Translations under genes and position numbers: made by a program | DNA from: Spirochaetia bacterium | GTDB lineage: Bacteria; Spirochaetota; Spirochaetia; CAKZLE01 | Direction of reading: 5' to 3' | DNA: 64,000 bases | NCBI GenBank assembly: GCA_963677595.1 | Contig: OY782041.1 | Span: 384,001-448,000, forward strand | Shown: positions 10,184 through 19,789 of the stretch, piece by piece | Position numbering within the stretch: position 1 is the stretch's first letter | Layout of the letters: each line of letters begins with the position of its first letter | Notes under the pieces: generated by a model | Databases searched by the model: none | The model's input: only the letters and a program-made list of their open reading frames with translations | Told to the model about the DNA's origin: nothing

Positions 10184-11356
10184 ATGAATAAAGTGATGTC
10201 AATAGTAAAAAACAATATCCGCAAGAACGGTATGTTCACGGCACTGATCTTTATCATGCTGCTGTTCCAGATCCTGACAAGGGGGATCCTCTTCAGGCCG
10301 ATGAACGTGAACAACATCGTCCTGCAGAACGCATACGTCCTGATCCTGGCAACGGGGATGCTGCTGTGCATCCTCACCGGGAACATCGATCTCTCGGTCG
10401 GTTCCGTCGTAGCCTTCGTCGGCGCCGTCTCGGCTATCATGATGGTAGACTGGGGATGGCCGGTACTCCTGACCATGATCTTCGCACTGCTGATCGGGAT
10501 CGCGGTAGGGGCTTTCCACGGCTACTTCATCGCCTATATGAGGATACCGGCGTTCATCGTCACCCTGGCAGGGATGCTCATCTGGCGGGGACTCACGATG
10601 GTCATCCTCAAGGGGCAGACGAAAGCCCCGTTCGACGAGAGCTTCCAGGCGATCGCCGCAGGGTACCTTCCCGGGCGTGACTGGAGAATCGGGGGACTGA
10701 ACATCCTGGCACTGCTCATCGGGATCGCCATCTCGATCATCTTCACCCTCATGATCCTGCGCTCCAGGCGGAATAAGGTAAAGTACAACTTCGAGGTCCC
10801 CTCCTTCTGGATGGAGCTCATCAAGATCACCCTGATCATCCTCGGGGTCAACCTGCTGACCGTCAGCCTCGCACGCTACAACGGCATCCCGATCATCCTC
10901 GTGCTGCTGCTCTTCCTCATCTCCCTCTATACGTTCATCACCCAGAGGACGATCTTCGGGCGCCATATCTATGCCCTCGGTGGGAACGAGAAGGCTGCCA
11001 AGCTCTCAGGAGTGAAGACGAAGCGGGTCATGTTCCTCGTCTATACCAACATGGGACTGCTCTCAGCCCTGGCCGGCCTCGTAGTCGCAGGTCGGCTCAA
11101 TGCCGCCACCCCGAAAGCCGGGAACATGTTCGAGCTCGATGCCATCGCATCCTGCTTCATCGGCGGCGCCTCGGCATCAGGGGGTATCGGGACGGTCGTG
11201 GGAGCGATCGTCGGAGGTCTTGTCATGGGTGTCCTCAATAATGGTATGTCGATCATGGGCGTCAGCGTCGACTGGCAGCAGACGATCAAGGGGCTCGTCC
11301 TCCTCGGGGCCGTGTTCTTCGACGTACTGACCAAGAACAGGGGCAAGGCTGAATAA
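10184..11356 (+). CDS. gguB: Multiple-monosaccharide ABC transporter permease (GguB/MmsB)
   Basis: IDLSVGS, GRHIYALGGN, ATPKAGNMFELDAIA. Confidence 0.9.
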   Translation: MNKVMSIVKNNIRKNGMFTALIFIMLLFQILTRGILFRPMNVNNIVLQNAYVLILATGMLLCILTGNIDLSVGSVVAFVGAVSAIMMVDWGWPVLLTMIFALLIGIAVGAFHGYFIAYMRIPAFIVTLAGMLIWRGLTMVILKGQTKAPFDESFQAIAAGYLPGRDWRIGGLNILALLIGIAISIIFTLMILRSRRNKVKYNFEVPSFWMELIKITLIILGVNLLTVSLARYNGIPIILVLLLFLISLYTFITQRTIFGRHIYALGGNEKAAKLSGVKTKRVMFLVYTNMGLLSALAGLVVAGRLNAATPKAGNMFELDAIASCFIGGASASGGIGTVVGAIVGGLVMGVLNNGMSIMGVSVDWQQTIKGLVLLGAVFFDVLTKNRGKAE

Positions 11357-11378
11357 CCACTGCTTCACCGAATCCAAC

Positions 11379-11416
11379 AGACCGGCAGCTCTTTCTGAGC
11401 CTGCCGGTCTTTTTTT
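11379..11416 (+). terminator. Rho-independent terminator
   Basis: AGACCGGCAG…CTGCCGGTCT followed by a T-tract. Confidence 0.8.
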
Positions 11417-11419
11417 AGG

Positions 11420-13594
11420 TCATGCTTCCGTGTTTAGACCTTTCCAAAACCGGACCCCCTCAAGGATCCCATCTGCAAATGATGCTGAGGAAAAGTATAC
11501 CCTCCTCCTCTGTTTCAGGTCCGCTAGTTCCGGTTCATGGTTGCCGACCACGATCCCCTTCATGCCGCCGATCAGCATGTCGCGGTCATTCCCCGAGTTC
11601 CCAGCAGTGTAGATGTTCCCTATCGGGAACTGCCACTTATGGGCAAGGTACCGGATGGCTTTCCCCTTCGATGCCCTGCTCGGGAGGATGTCGACATAGG
11701 AACCATGGGAGTAGATGAGGTTGTAGGAGAGCTTCCTCTCCATGAGTGCGGTATGCATGAGCGGGAGGGCCTCATCACCGGGCATGGATGCATCAAGATC
11801 ATAACTGACCTTGAACGGACGCTGGGCTGCAGGGTTCTCCTGCAGCTTCAGCCAGGGGAAACAGCTCAGGGCTTCCCGTATCTGTTCAGGCTTCCACTTG
11901 TACTGGATATGGGAGGACCAGCCGGTATCATAGAGGCCTTCGTCGAAGTAGTAGATCTCAGAACCGACCGATGCGATGATGCAGTCCACATTCACGATCC
12001 CATGGCTCTCCAGGATCTCTTTCGCGGAGCTGATATCGCGGCCGGTAGCCACCCCGAACCCGATAGTCTCATGCTCCTCCATGAAGCGCAGCAAGGCTCG
12101 GACTGCCTCATCATCACCGAGCAGCGTATCGTCGATATCGACGATGAGCAGCTCCTTGAGGGAATGGATACGCTTCCCGATACTCGCATACTCCTTCCCA
12201 GTGGCGAAGGGGTCGCTCGCCCGTTCAGCCTGCAGCTTCTCGAGCTCACTGATATAGGTACGGCTATGGTGTTCCCAGCTGTAGGTCTTCCTGGTGTTAT
12301 TGATGCCGTGCTCGGAGAGTTCGCTCCAGCAGGAAGAGTCAGTGAGTACCTTCTTCATAGCCTGAGCGATGGTCTCAGGGGCCTCGATATCGACCAGGAT
12401 ACCGCTTTCGCAGTTGCGCTGGATATCCACGGGCCCGCCCTTGTCGGTGGCGATGAACGGGAGCCCGCAGGCTGATGCCTCGATGAAGGTCAGGCCGAAG
12501 GTCTCAAGGTAGGAGGTGCTCACGAAGACGCCGCCGGTGAGCGCTGCTATCCGGTACATCTCAGGGACATCCTTCTCGGGGTCATGGTATTTCGGGATAG
12601 CCATCTTCCCGTAGAGGTCATACTTGTCCATGGCAAGGAGGATGTCGGTCAGGACCTGACGCTCCCCCTCCTCCATCGTGCTGATGTCCTCCCGGATCCC
12701 GGCGAAGACCGCAAGGTTCGCGATGGCCTGAAGCTCCTTGTCCTTCCCGTACACATCGATGAGGATGTCGATGTTCTTCCTCGAGTCTGGCCGGCAGAGT
12801 GCAAGGATCAGGGGCTTCTCGGGCTCGAAGAGGAACCGCCTCAGCTCCATCAGGGTCCGGTGGTGGGCCTGCTTCGTCTGTTCGTCGATCTCACTGCCCT
12901 GGATCTCATAGTAGTAATAGGGGAAGAACTTCTCCAGGGAGACCCCTGGCGGGTCCGTGACGTACCGGGGAGTATCCCGGTGCTCATACTGCCCATAGAG
13001 GCTCTCCCGTTCATAATTCGTGCTGGTGACCACCAGGTTCGCCTGTGAGAGGATCTGTTCCTCGGCATCGATCCTCGTCTGTATGGCAAACCGGCTTCGT
13101 GCCTGCTGGTCATCCATGCCCGTTGACCGGAGGAAGGAGAGCTTGTTCCTGCCCAGGGAGTGGCCGGTGAAGATGAGCGGGATCCCGAACAGACCCGAGA
13201 GCTTGGCTGCCACATAACCGGCATCGGCATAATGACCGTGGAAGAAGTCGGGAAGCCGGTCCAGGCGCTGCAGGTACTCGATCAGCCTGTCAGTGAACTC
13301 ATCAAGATGAGGCCAGAGCTTTTCCTTGCGGATATAGCTCTTTCCCCCGCAGGGAAGACGTACGACCGCTGACTTCTCATTCAGCTTCTCGCGCCCGACC
13401 CCATAGGAGGAGTGGACCCTCCTGTCAACGATCTTCCTGGTCGCGAGGTCCACATAATCTACCTCTGCCTGCTGCGAGAGGCTCTCCACCAGTTCGATGA
13501 TGTAGCGGGTCTGTCCACCCGTATCTGCATCCCTGCCTATCTCCGGTTGGTTACCACGGACGAGACCGTGGATATTGATCATCATAATATACAT
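11420..13594 (-). CDS. sps: Bifunctional sucrose-phosphate synthase / sucrose-phosphate phosphatase (GT4 + HAD-IIB)
   Basis: IHGLVRG…EIGRDADTGGQTRY, HGHYADAG, FTGHSLG, RPDSRKNI, ETFGLTFIEA; C-terminal HAD with DIDDTL, SKGKAIRYL, GNSGND. Confidence 0.85.
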   Translation of the reverse strand: MYIMMINIHGLVRGNQPEIGRDADTGGQTRYIIELVESLSQQAEVDYVDLATRKIVDRRVHSSYGVGREKLNEKSAVVRLPCGGKSYIRKEKLWPHLDEFTDRLIEYLQRLDRLPDFFHGHYADAGYVAAKLSGLFGIPLIFTGHSLGRNKLSFLRSTGMDDQQARSRFAIQTRIDAEEQILSQANLVVTSTNYERESLYGQYEHRDTPRYVTDPPGVSLEKFFPYYYYEIQGSEIDEQTKQAHHRTLMELRRFLFEPEKPLILALCRPDSRKNIDILIDVYGKDKELQAIANLAVFAGIREDISTMEEGERQVLTDILLAMDKYDLYGKMAIPKYHDPEKDVPEMYRIAALTGGVFVSTSYLETFGLTFIEASACGLPFIATDKGGPVDIQRNCESGILVDIEAPETIAQAMKKVLTDSSCWSELSEHGINNTRKTYSWEHHSRTYISELEKLQAERASDPFATGKEYASIGKRIHSLKELLIVDIDDTLLGDDEAVRALLRFMEEHETIGFGVATGRDISSAKEILESHGIVNVDCIIASVGSEIYYFDEGLYDTGWSSHIQYKWKPEQIREALSCFPWLKLQENPAAQRPFKVSYDLDASMPGDEALPLMHTALMERKLSYNLIYSHGSYVDILPSRASKGKAIRYLAHKWQFPIGNIYTAGNSGNDRDMLIGGMKGIVVGNHEPELADLKQRRRVYFSSASFADGILEGVRFWKGLNTEA

Positions 13595-13743
13595 ATATTA
13601 GTTAGTGTACAAAATATTTCTCTGTCAGTCAATCGGTAAACCGTGAGTAGCAGTATCTTATTATGCTTATATACAAAGATTTACTTGATTTCTTACTGAA
13701 CCACACTAGATAATTAATAGTTAGAGGTGGAAGTAGTTAGCCC

Positions 13744-14481
13744 CTACAGCACACGAAGCACCCCATTGGAGCAGATATGGCCAGGCTCGAGATGTGCATA
13801 GTACTCCTTGTTATAGCTGATGATCTCGCCGCCGGCTCGCTGGAGGATCAGCCCGGCTGCAGCCTTACCCTCGATGCTCGACCCGGTGTCGATATAGGCA
13901 TCGATCCTTCCCCGTGCAACATTGCAGATGGTCAGCGATGGGGTGATCAAGGGCAGGGCCTTCCTGCAGCAGACCATAAGGTCCCCCCACTCGGAGGCAT
14001 ACTGTTCCATGGCTTCAAGGTTCGCACTGAAACCGAAAGCGATGAGGGCTTCTGAGAGCTCCTCGGTCTCGGAGACATGGATCTTCTCCCCATTGAGTCG
14101 TGCATGCGCATCGCCCCTGAGTGCCGTGTACAGTTCATCGGCGACAGGGTTGTAGACATAGCCTTCGACGATGCCTCCATCTGCCTCAAGGGCAGCCGAG
14201 ATCGCGAAATAGGGGACGCCGAAGACGAAGTCAGCCGTCCCGTCGATCGGGTCGATGATCCAGCGGCGCCCGGAACTCCCGTGGTAGCTCCCCGACTCCT
14301 CCGCATAGATGCCGTCATCCGGGAAGAAGCTCCTGATCTCCCTGATGATGAACTTCTCCACCTCCTGATCAGAGACCGTGACCAGGTCATACCGCTGTTT
14401 CTCCGAGACCTCCCGGGCAGAACGGTACTCATCTGCGAGATACTTCCCGGCGGACCTGATGATCGCCTCCATAGTCCTCAT
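13744..14481 (-). CDS. Inositol monophosphatase-family protein
   Basis: DLVTVSD, AEES, WIIDPIDGT. Confidence 0.85.
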   Translation of the reverse strand: MRTMEAIIRSAGKYLADEYRSAREVSEKQRYDLVTVSDQEVEKFIIREIRSFFPDDGIYAEESGSYHGSSGRRWIIDPIDGTADFVFGVPYFAISAALEADGGIVEGYVYNPVADELYTALRGDAHARLNGEKIHVSETEELSEALIAFGFSANLEAMEQYASEWGDLMVCCRKALPLITPSLTICNVARGRIDAYIDTGSSIEGKAAAGLILQRAGGEIISYNKEYYAHLEPGHICSNGVLRVL

Positions 14482-14694
14482 GCTGTTTCTCCCTGATTTA
14501 CATTCTTTACATACTGTTTACAGCAGTGTAACAACGATGACTGAATTATCTGGTATATTCAGTATATCAGCTTAGCAGTGCTGATACGAACAGAACAGTA
14601 CCTTTTTTCATAACTCCTTTTTGTGTTCAGCCCCTCACATCCTCCTCAGGGGCTGTTTTCATATTGAGGCTATATGCGTGGTGTGGGGGACCTG

Positions 14695-15930
14695 CTACAG
14701 ATACTGGTAGGAAACTGCCGTGACCCGGTCAGAAAGGTGGAAGTTCGCCTCCCCAAGATGGACCACAAGCCCTCTGGCGATATCGAGGCGGGGATAGGTA
14801 TCCATGAACGCATGGATGCCGAGCGCATCTTTCTTCGCCGGCCTGGAAGTGGATTTTATCTCGATAGGATAGAACCTGCCGTCCTTCTCCAGGACGAGGT
14901 CCACTTCTGCCCCCCCGTGACTGCGCCAGTGATAGACCCCCACCCCGAATGGGAGCATGCTCAAGGTCTTGAGGATATCTCCCACGATGAATGTCTCGAT
15001 GATACTTCCCCACTGCGGATGGGATGGGATCGCGGCATGAGAGGAGAGGAACAGACTTCTGCACAAGAGTCCCGTGTCGGAGAGATAGCCTTTCGGTCTA
15101 CTGCTGATACGTTTTACCGTGTTCCCTGAGAATGCCGGGATCTCTATCCACTGGAAGGTCTGCTGCAGGATATCGAGCCATCGCTTCGAGGTCTGCGGGC
15201 TCACCCCGATATCTCGCCCAAGCTGGCTGAAGTTCACCTCCTGGGCACTCAAGGCAGCACATAACCGATAGAACCTCCCGAACTGCTGCAGGTCGGAGAT
15301 CTCAGCCATAAGGCGGGCATCCCGCTCCACATAGGTCCTGAGATAGGAATCAAGGTAGAGGGGAACCATATCCAGCGGCAGTTCCTGTACCCCCGGTAAT
15401 TGCCCCCTGTACAGATGGTCATTCAGGATGGACTGCAGGTGCTGCTGATTCACAGGAAGCCCCGCATCCGCTCCCTCCTGAAGATACTGCTCGATCCAGC
15501 GGGTCATCCGTCCCGACCCCGCCATCTCAGGCAGGTGGTATCCCATCAGGCCCAGCAGGACAGCCCTACCTGCCAGTGATTCTGAGATCGTCCTCAGCAC
15601 ACCCCACTGCTGTGACCCGGTTAGGACGAAGCATCCCGGATCACGTCCCTGATCAACGAGCCGTTTGATGACTGGGATCAGCTCCGGGGCATACTGTATC
15701 TCATCAAGGACCACAGGGCCTGGATGGTTCTGGAAGAAGAGCTCGGGTTCACTGCGGGCATTCTCGACATCAAGGACAGGATCGAACACGATGATCTCAT
15801 GCGTCCCTGAGAGCAGGTGTGTAAGCAGGGTCGACTTGCCGACCTGCCGTGCCCCGGTCAGCACGACCACCGGGAAATACTCCATCACCTTCTGGAGCCT
15901 TTCTGTCAAGAACCGGTATTGATAGTTCAT
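14695..15930 (-). CDS. AAA+ ATPase with DUF4143 (PD-(D/E)XK-like) C-terminus
   Basis: GARQVGKST, LDEIQY, LTGSQ, TYVERD, DTGL, EVDLV…PIEIK. Confidence 0.85.
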   Translation of the reverse strand: MNYQYRFLTERLQKVMEYFPVVVLTGARQVGKSTLLTHLLSGTHEIIVFDPVLDVENARSEPELFFQNHPGPVVLDEIQYAPELIPVIKRLVDQGRDPGCFVLTGSQQWGVLRTISESLAGRAVLLGLMGYHLPEMAGSGRMTRWIEQYLQEGADAGLPVNQQHLQSILNDHLYRGQLPGVQELPLDMVPLYLDSYLRTYVERDARLMAEISDLQQFGRFYRLCAALSAQEVNFSQLGRDIGVSPQTSKRWLDILQQTFQWIEIPAFSGNTVKRISSRPKGYLSDTGLLCRSLFLSSHAAIPSHPQWGSIIETFIVGDILKTLSMLPFGVGVYHWRSHGGAEVDLVLEKDGRFYPIEIKSTSRPAKKDALGIHAFMDTYPRLDIARGLVVHLGEANFHLSDRVTAVSYQYL

Positions 15931-16050
15931 AATACCAAACTACCACACGTTACCTTGATAATCAATGATGACATCTTTAGTTTTCAAGTTAGATTCCAGA
16001 AACACCCTGCTGCAAGGTGACGCCTGACAGCCCTCGATACCACATACCGG

Positions 16051-17865
16051 TCAGTAACCCATCTCCCACCAGGTGATCCTCACCTGGTCCGCACTGAGCA
16101 GGTCCTGATCCCCGTCCCCGTCAAAATCGACCGCGTCGGTATGCCGGCCGTAGTAGAAGTCTGTCGCTATCTCCCTATAGGCATAACCGCCGGTGCCGTC
16201 ATTCTCAAGCCAGAGCAGTGTTGCTGAATCATTCGTGACGAATGGCCCTGATACATCGAGATCACCGTCCCCGTCGAGGTCTGACAGTTCCACGGAATGG
16301 TAATTCGAGGTAGTCGATCCTGCATCATAGATCGTGGCGGCAGTGAAGGTACCTGTCCCGGAATTCTCATAGAGGGTGATGTACTGACGCCCGCTGCTGA
16401 TGATGTCCACATCCCCATCACCGTCCACGTCACCGGTATCGAGGGCCTTGCCGCCATCCGAGTCCCCATCGAACTGGTGCGAGGAGAAGTTCTCGGAACC
16501 GTCATTCTCATACCACAGCAACTGACTGTTCCCTGCGATGATGATGTCGGTCTCACCATCCCCATCCAGGTCATCTGCGTTGATGATCCAGTACCCGTAG
16601 AAGGTGTCCGGGAGCGTTCCTTGAGTAAACCCCTCACCGATATTCCTGAACCAGCATACCGAATCATCCCCGGCTGCAAGGAGATCAAGCTGGCCGTCAC
16701 CGTCGATATCGACAGGCTCCAGTGAGCAGGGATCCGCGAAACCGGAGGCTACCACATGTTCGGTGAACGACCCGGTCCCGTCATTCTCGAACCAGCTGAT
16801 CACATCATCATAGTAGGCGACTGCAGCGACATCCTGGTCCCCGTCACCGTCGAAGTCAAGGACTCTCAGTAGCCAGGCCCCGGTGAGATCCTCCTTGATC
16901 GTGTACTCAGGATAGGTGGAGGTGCCGTCATTCCTGAACCATACGAGGTCTGCCCGAGAGTTTGAGGGATACTCGCCGTCAAAGGCCGTCCCCGCGAAGT
17001 CTATATCACCGTCGCCGTCAAAGTCGGCTCCTGCGACTTCGGTGCCCAGATAGAACCAGTCAATAAGGACGTGCTTCCTGGTCCCGGCGGCTGTACTGCC
17101 GGTAGCAGACAAAGAGTATTCGGAATTCCCTGGGAACCCATAGGCATACATCCTGAGATCGTAAGAGGTCGACGGGGACAGCTCCTCGATCTCCGTCGAG
17201 GTCTGCCCATCAGCAACGTACTGCCGGTTCTCCGCCGGGTACTCCGCATCACCTGCTTCCTTATACTCGATGCAGAACCCCGTCTCATTGGGGGAGTCAT
17301 CGTTCCATTGGAGGCTCACGCTGTTCCCGGAAGCAGGTTCCACCGATAGGCCTGAGGGAGGTGCTATGGAGCCATTAAGGGAATCGCCGGGACCGGCAAT
17401 GATGAAATCATCGGGAAAGGAGAACTCGATCACCATGTCACCGTCTATCTCGATGTTCTCTGCGATGGTTATGTAGTCGACACCGGGGGCGACCGGCTGT
17501 CCTCCAGCCTCATCAACCATATCGATATAGCCGCCGAGGGCATGCAGTTCCCCGCCTGCGAACTCCATGGGGGACTCATCCTCCGAGTAGGTATCGTACA
17601 GCGTGACCTCTACTGTGGCTGATGCTATCGTCACCGTGGCCTGATACCCGAAGGGATCGGTGAAACTCGAGCCGTCTGACTCCACCGGGCTTTCCAGGCA
17701 GATGAACTCCTTACCGATGAACTCTGTCAGGTTCGTGATCCTGACGGTTACCGTCCCGCTCGCAGGGTTGGTCCCGGGGACAGGGCAGCTTGCTACAAAC
17801 AGGGAAAGGATCCCTGCTGCCAGAAACCATACAATCACCCGGTATCGGAAGCCTCTTTTGTTCAT
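16051..17865 (-). CDS. Lipoprotein with an Fn3 domain and FG-GAP/VCBS repeats
   Basis: Start moved to ATG 17865 (MNKRGF…LFVAS-C lipobox); Fn3-like PPSGL…LQWNDDS…LSPSTSY; about 7 DxDGDGDxD repeats with WxENDG. Confidence 0.8.
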   Translation of the reverse strand: MNKRGFRYRVIVWFLAAGILSLFVASCPVPGTNPASGTVTVRITNLTEFIGKEFICLESPVESDGSSFTDPFGYQATVTIASATVEVTLYDTYSEDESPMEFAGGELHALGGYIDMVDEAGGQPVAPGVDYITIAENIEIDGDMVIEFSFPDDFIIAGPGDSLNGSIAPPSGLSVEPASGNSVSLQWNDDSPNETGFCIEYKEAGDAEYPAENRQYVADGQTSTEIEELSPSTSYDLRMYAYGFPGNSEYSLSATGSTAAGTRKHVLIDWFYLGTEVAGADFDGDGDIDFAGTAFDGEYPSNSRADLVWFRNDGTSTYPEYTIKEDLTGAWLLRVLDFDGDGDQDVAAVAYYDDVISWFENDGTGSFTEHVVASGFADPCSLEPVDIDGDGQLDLLAAGDDSVCWFRNIGEGFTQGTLPDTFYGYWIINADDLDGDGETDIIIAGNSQLLWYENDGSENFSSHQFDGDSDGGKALDTGDVDGDGDVDIISSGRQYITLYENSGTGTFTAATIYDAGSTTSNYHSVELSDLDGDGDLDVSGPFVTNDSATLLWLENDGTGGYAYREIATDFYYGRHTDAVDFDGDGDQDLLSADQVRITWWEMGY

Positions 17866-18339
17866 CTGTTCTCTCTCCCTCCAAAGGCAGATTTGAAGGA
17901 GAGACCGTTGGGGTACCGGGAAGAGAAGTTCTGCTGCAAAGCGACTGCCCTCTAGGTAAACGATACTGCTTCTGCACCTGGAATGCAATGGAACTGAGAG
18001 AAACTTCCTGGCCAAAGGAACTGTACAGACTTATGCATATCCTCCCCACCGTGCATAGCCTATTACCTCCCCATGCAGGTACGAGATCAAGAAGACCAGG
18101 CCGATGAGCATGGACATGGACCCGCTAAAGGATTGCGTGCTGAAACTACCCTCAACTGGTAATATACAGGAGTAAGACACCATGCTATGCTTTGGAAAGC
18201 AGTTGGTAACTGCTTGATTTCTTTGAACAAGGTTTTGAGTATCCCCCGGTCGATACCGCGGGGATACTCACCTCCACAAGACTCATGGGCAGCTCGGATC
18301 TTATGGTGAAAACCTTGAATACCTTGTATACTCATATGT

Positions 18340-18687
18340 ATGGATAGTGAAGTTGAGAGCGGTTTAGCGAACCTTCCTGAGGTGATCGAGAGGATCAAGG
18401 ATTCCCTGGTTCAAGTGTATCACCCTGAAGCTATCTACCTCTTTGGATCGTATGCCTGGGGAACTCCTGACAAACACAGCGATATTGATGTTGCCGTGAT
18501 CCTTGACTCATCGGATCTGACGTTACCAGAGAGGATACGGCAGTCTTCGGATATCCTATGGGGTATCGGAATCCCTGTTGACATCCTGGTGTATACCCGT
18601 GAGGAGATTGAGAATCGGGCTGCTTTTCGTTCTACACTGCAATATAAGATACTTCATGAGGGAATGAAGATCTATGAAGCCGTATGA
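18340..18687 (+). CDS. Minimal nucleotidyltransferase (MNT, MntA-like antitoxin)
   Basis: YLFGSYAWGTPDKHSDIDV (GSx10DxD); 115 aa. Confidence 0.85.
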   Translation: MDSEVESGLANLPEVIERIKDSLVQVYHPEAIYLFGSYAWGTPDKHSDIDVAVILDSSDLTLPERIRQSSDILWGIGIPVDILVYTREEIENRAAFRSTLQYKILHEGMKIYEAV

Positions 18688-18706
18688 AACATGGCTATGC
18701 AAGGCA
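18674..18706 (+). pseudogene. Probable N-terminal stump of a HEPN toxin gene
   Basis: An ATG overlapping the MNT 3' end reads MKPYETWLCKA (HEPN-type 'WLxKA' start); the frame then runs into the antisense of the LacI gene. Confidence 0.5.
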
Positions 18707-18719
18707 CCCATCCCATGGG

Positions 18720-19730
18720 TTACCCAGAGACCAGCACGGGACGGATGACCTCCCTGTGGGGAGCAGTTGCCCCTGACGGGGAGCCCAGCCGCTCTATGAG
18801 CATCTTCGCCGCACGCTCGTAAATCCTCCGCTGCTGGATGTCCACACTCGGGAGACGGTACGGGATGATGTCCCTGACAGGGTTCGCATCATAGCCGACG
18901 AGGGGTACGCCCCTGAAGGTGACCCGGTTGAGTACCCTCAGCATGAGGACATCATTGAGGGAGGCAATCCCGTCAGCCTCCTTCCCCGAAAGCTCAGCCA
19001 TCGGTATCATCTCTTCCAGTCTCCGGTACCTGCTTTCCATCTCGAGGACGACCGGTTCACAGTCTGAAAGCTCCCTCCACCTACTCAAGAACCCCTGGAG
19101 CCGGTCGGCATGGGGGATGACGTCCTGGAGGTGGCTGGTCAGGTAGAGCGGTCTCTTCACTCCCCGGTCATAGAGCTCCTGGGCCTGCAGCATCCCGCCG
19201 TACCGGTTATCAGTAGAGCAGCTGTAGAGATGCTCATAGGCATTGGTATGGTGGGCAGCCACATAGGGAACCCTCACCTTCTCTATCATCGATACCTCAT
19301 GCTCGTCATCCACATCGAAGAAGAGGAATGCATCTGAGGACTCCTGCAGCGCAAGCAGCTCCTCCTCGTCGGAGACGGTGGCGAGGTTGAGCGTGTACAT
19401 CGTGTGGTCGATCGTCTGTTTCACCCCCTTGATCACGTCGCCGTAGAACCAGTTGAATACCGGGAGGTCGTTCCAGTAGTAGGGTCTCGCCCCCTTGTCG
19501 AACTCGACCAGGGTAATGATGCCCGTCCCCTGCCTTCTCAGCGCACTCGCTGACTTGTTGGGGGTATACCCGAGCCTCCTCGCTGCTGAGGTGACCGCAG
19601 CACGCTTTTCCGGGCTGACCGAATCGGGGCTGTTATAGACCCGGGAGACGGTTGCTGAGCTCACCCCGGCCTCCGAGGCTACCATATTACGGGTGACTGA
19701 GGTTCGATTCTTCTTGACAAACTGCTTCAT
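18720..19730 (-). CDS. LacI-family regulator (probable gal regulator)
   Basis: VTRNMVASEAGVSSATVSRV…LGYTPN HTH; divergent from galT-galK; start moved to ATG 19730. Confidence 0.9.
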   Translation of the reverse strand: MKQFVKKNRTSVTRNMVASEAGVSSATVSRVYNSPDSVSPEKRAAVTSAARRLGYTPNKSASALRRQGTGIITLVEFDKGARPYYWNDLPVFNWFYGDVIKGVKQTIDHTMYTLNLATVSDEEELLALQESSDAFLFFDVDDEHEVSMIEKVRVPYVAAHHTNAYEHLYSCSTDNRYGGMLQAQELYDRGVKRPLYLTSHLQDVIPHADRLQGFLSRWRELSDCEPVVLEMESRYRRLEEMIPMAELSGKEADGIASLNDVLMLRVLNRVTFRGVPLVGYDANPVRDIIPYRLPSVDIQQRRIYERAAKMLIERLGSPSGATAPHREVIRPVLVSG

Positions 19731-19739
19731 ACCGGGTAT

Positions 19740-19753
19740 TGTACACGTGTACA
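19740..19753. promoter_or_regulatory. Probable LacI-family operator
   Basis: Perfect 14-bp palindrome TGTACACGTGTACA with a central CG, in the short gap between the LacI gene and galT. Confidence 0.7.
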
Positions 19754-19789
19754 TTAGTTTAATCAAGCAGGATCGAAAGGAGTTTTTTT

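Noticed and set aside
18087-18398. 103-aa minus-strand ORF
   Set aside because: It overlaps the MNT start, has no recognisable motif or RBS, and covers a hairpin-rich intergenic stretch.
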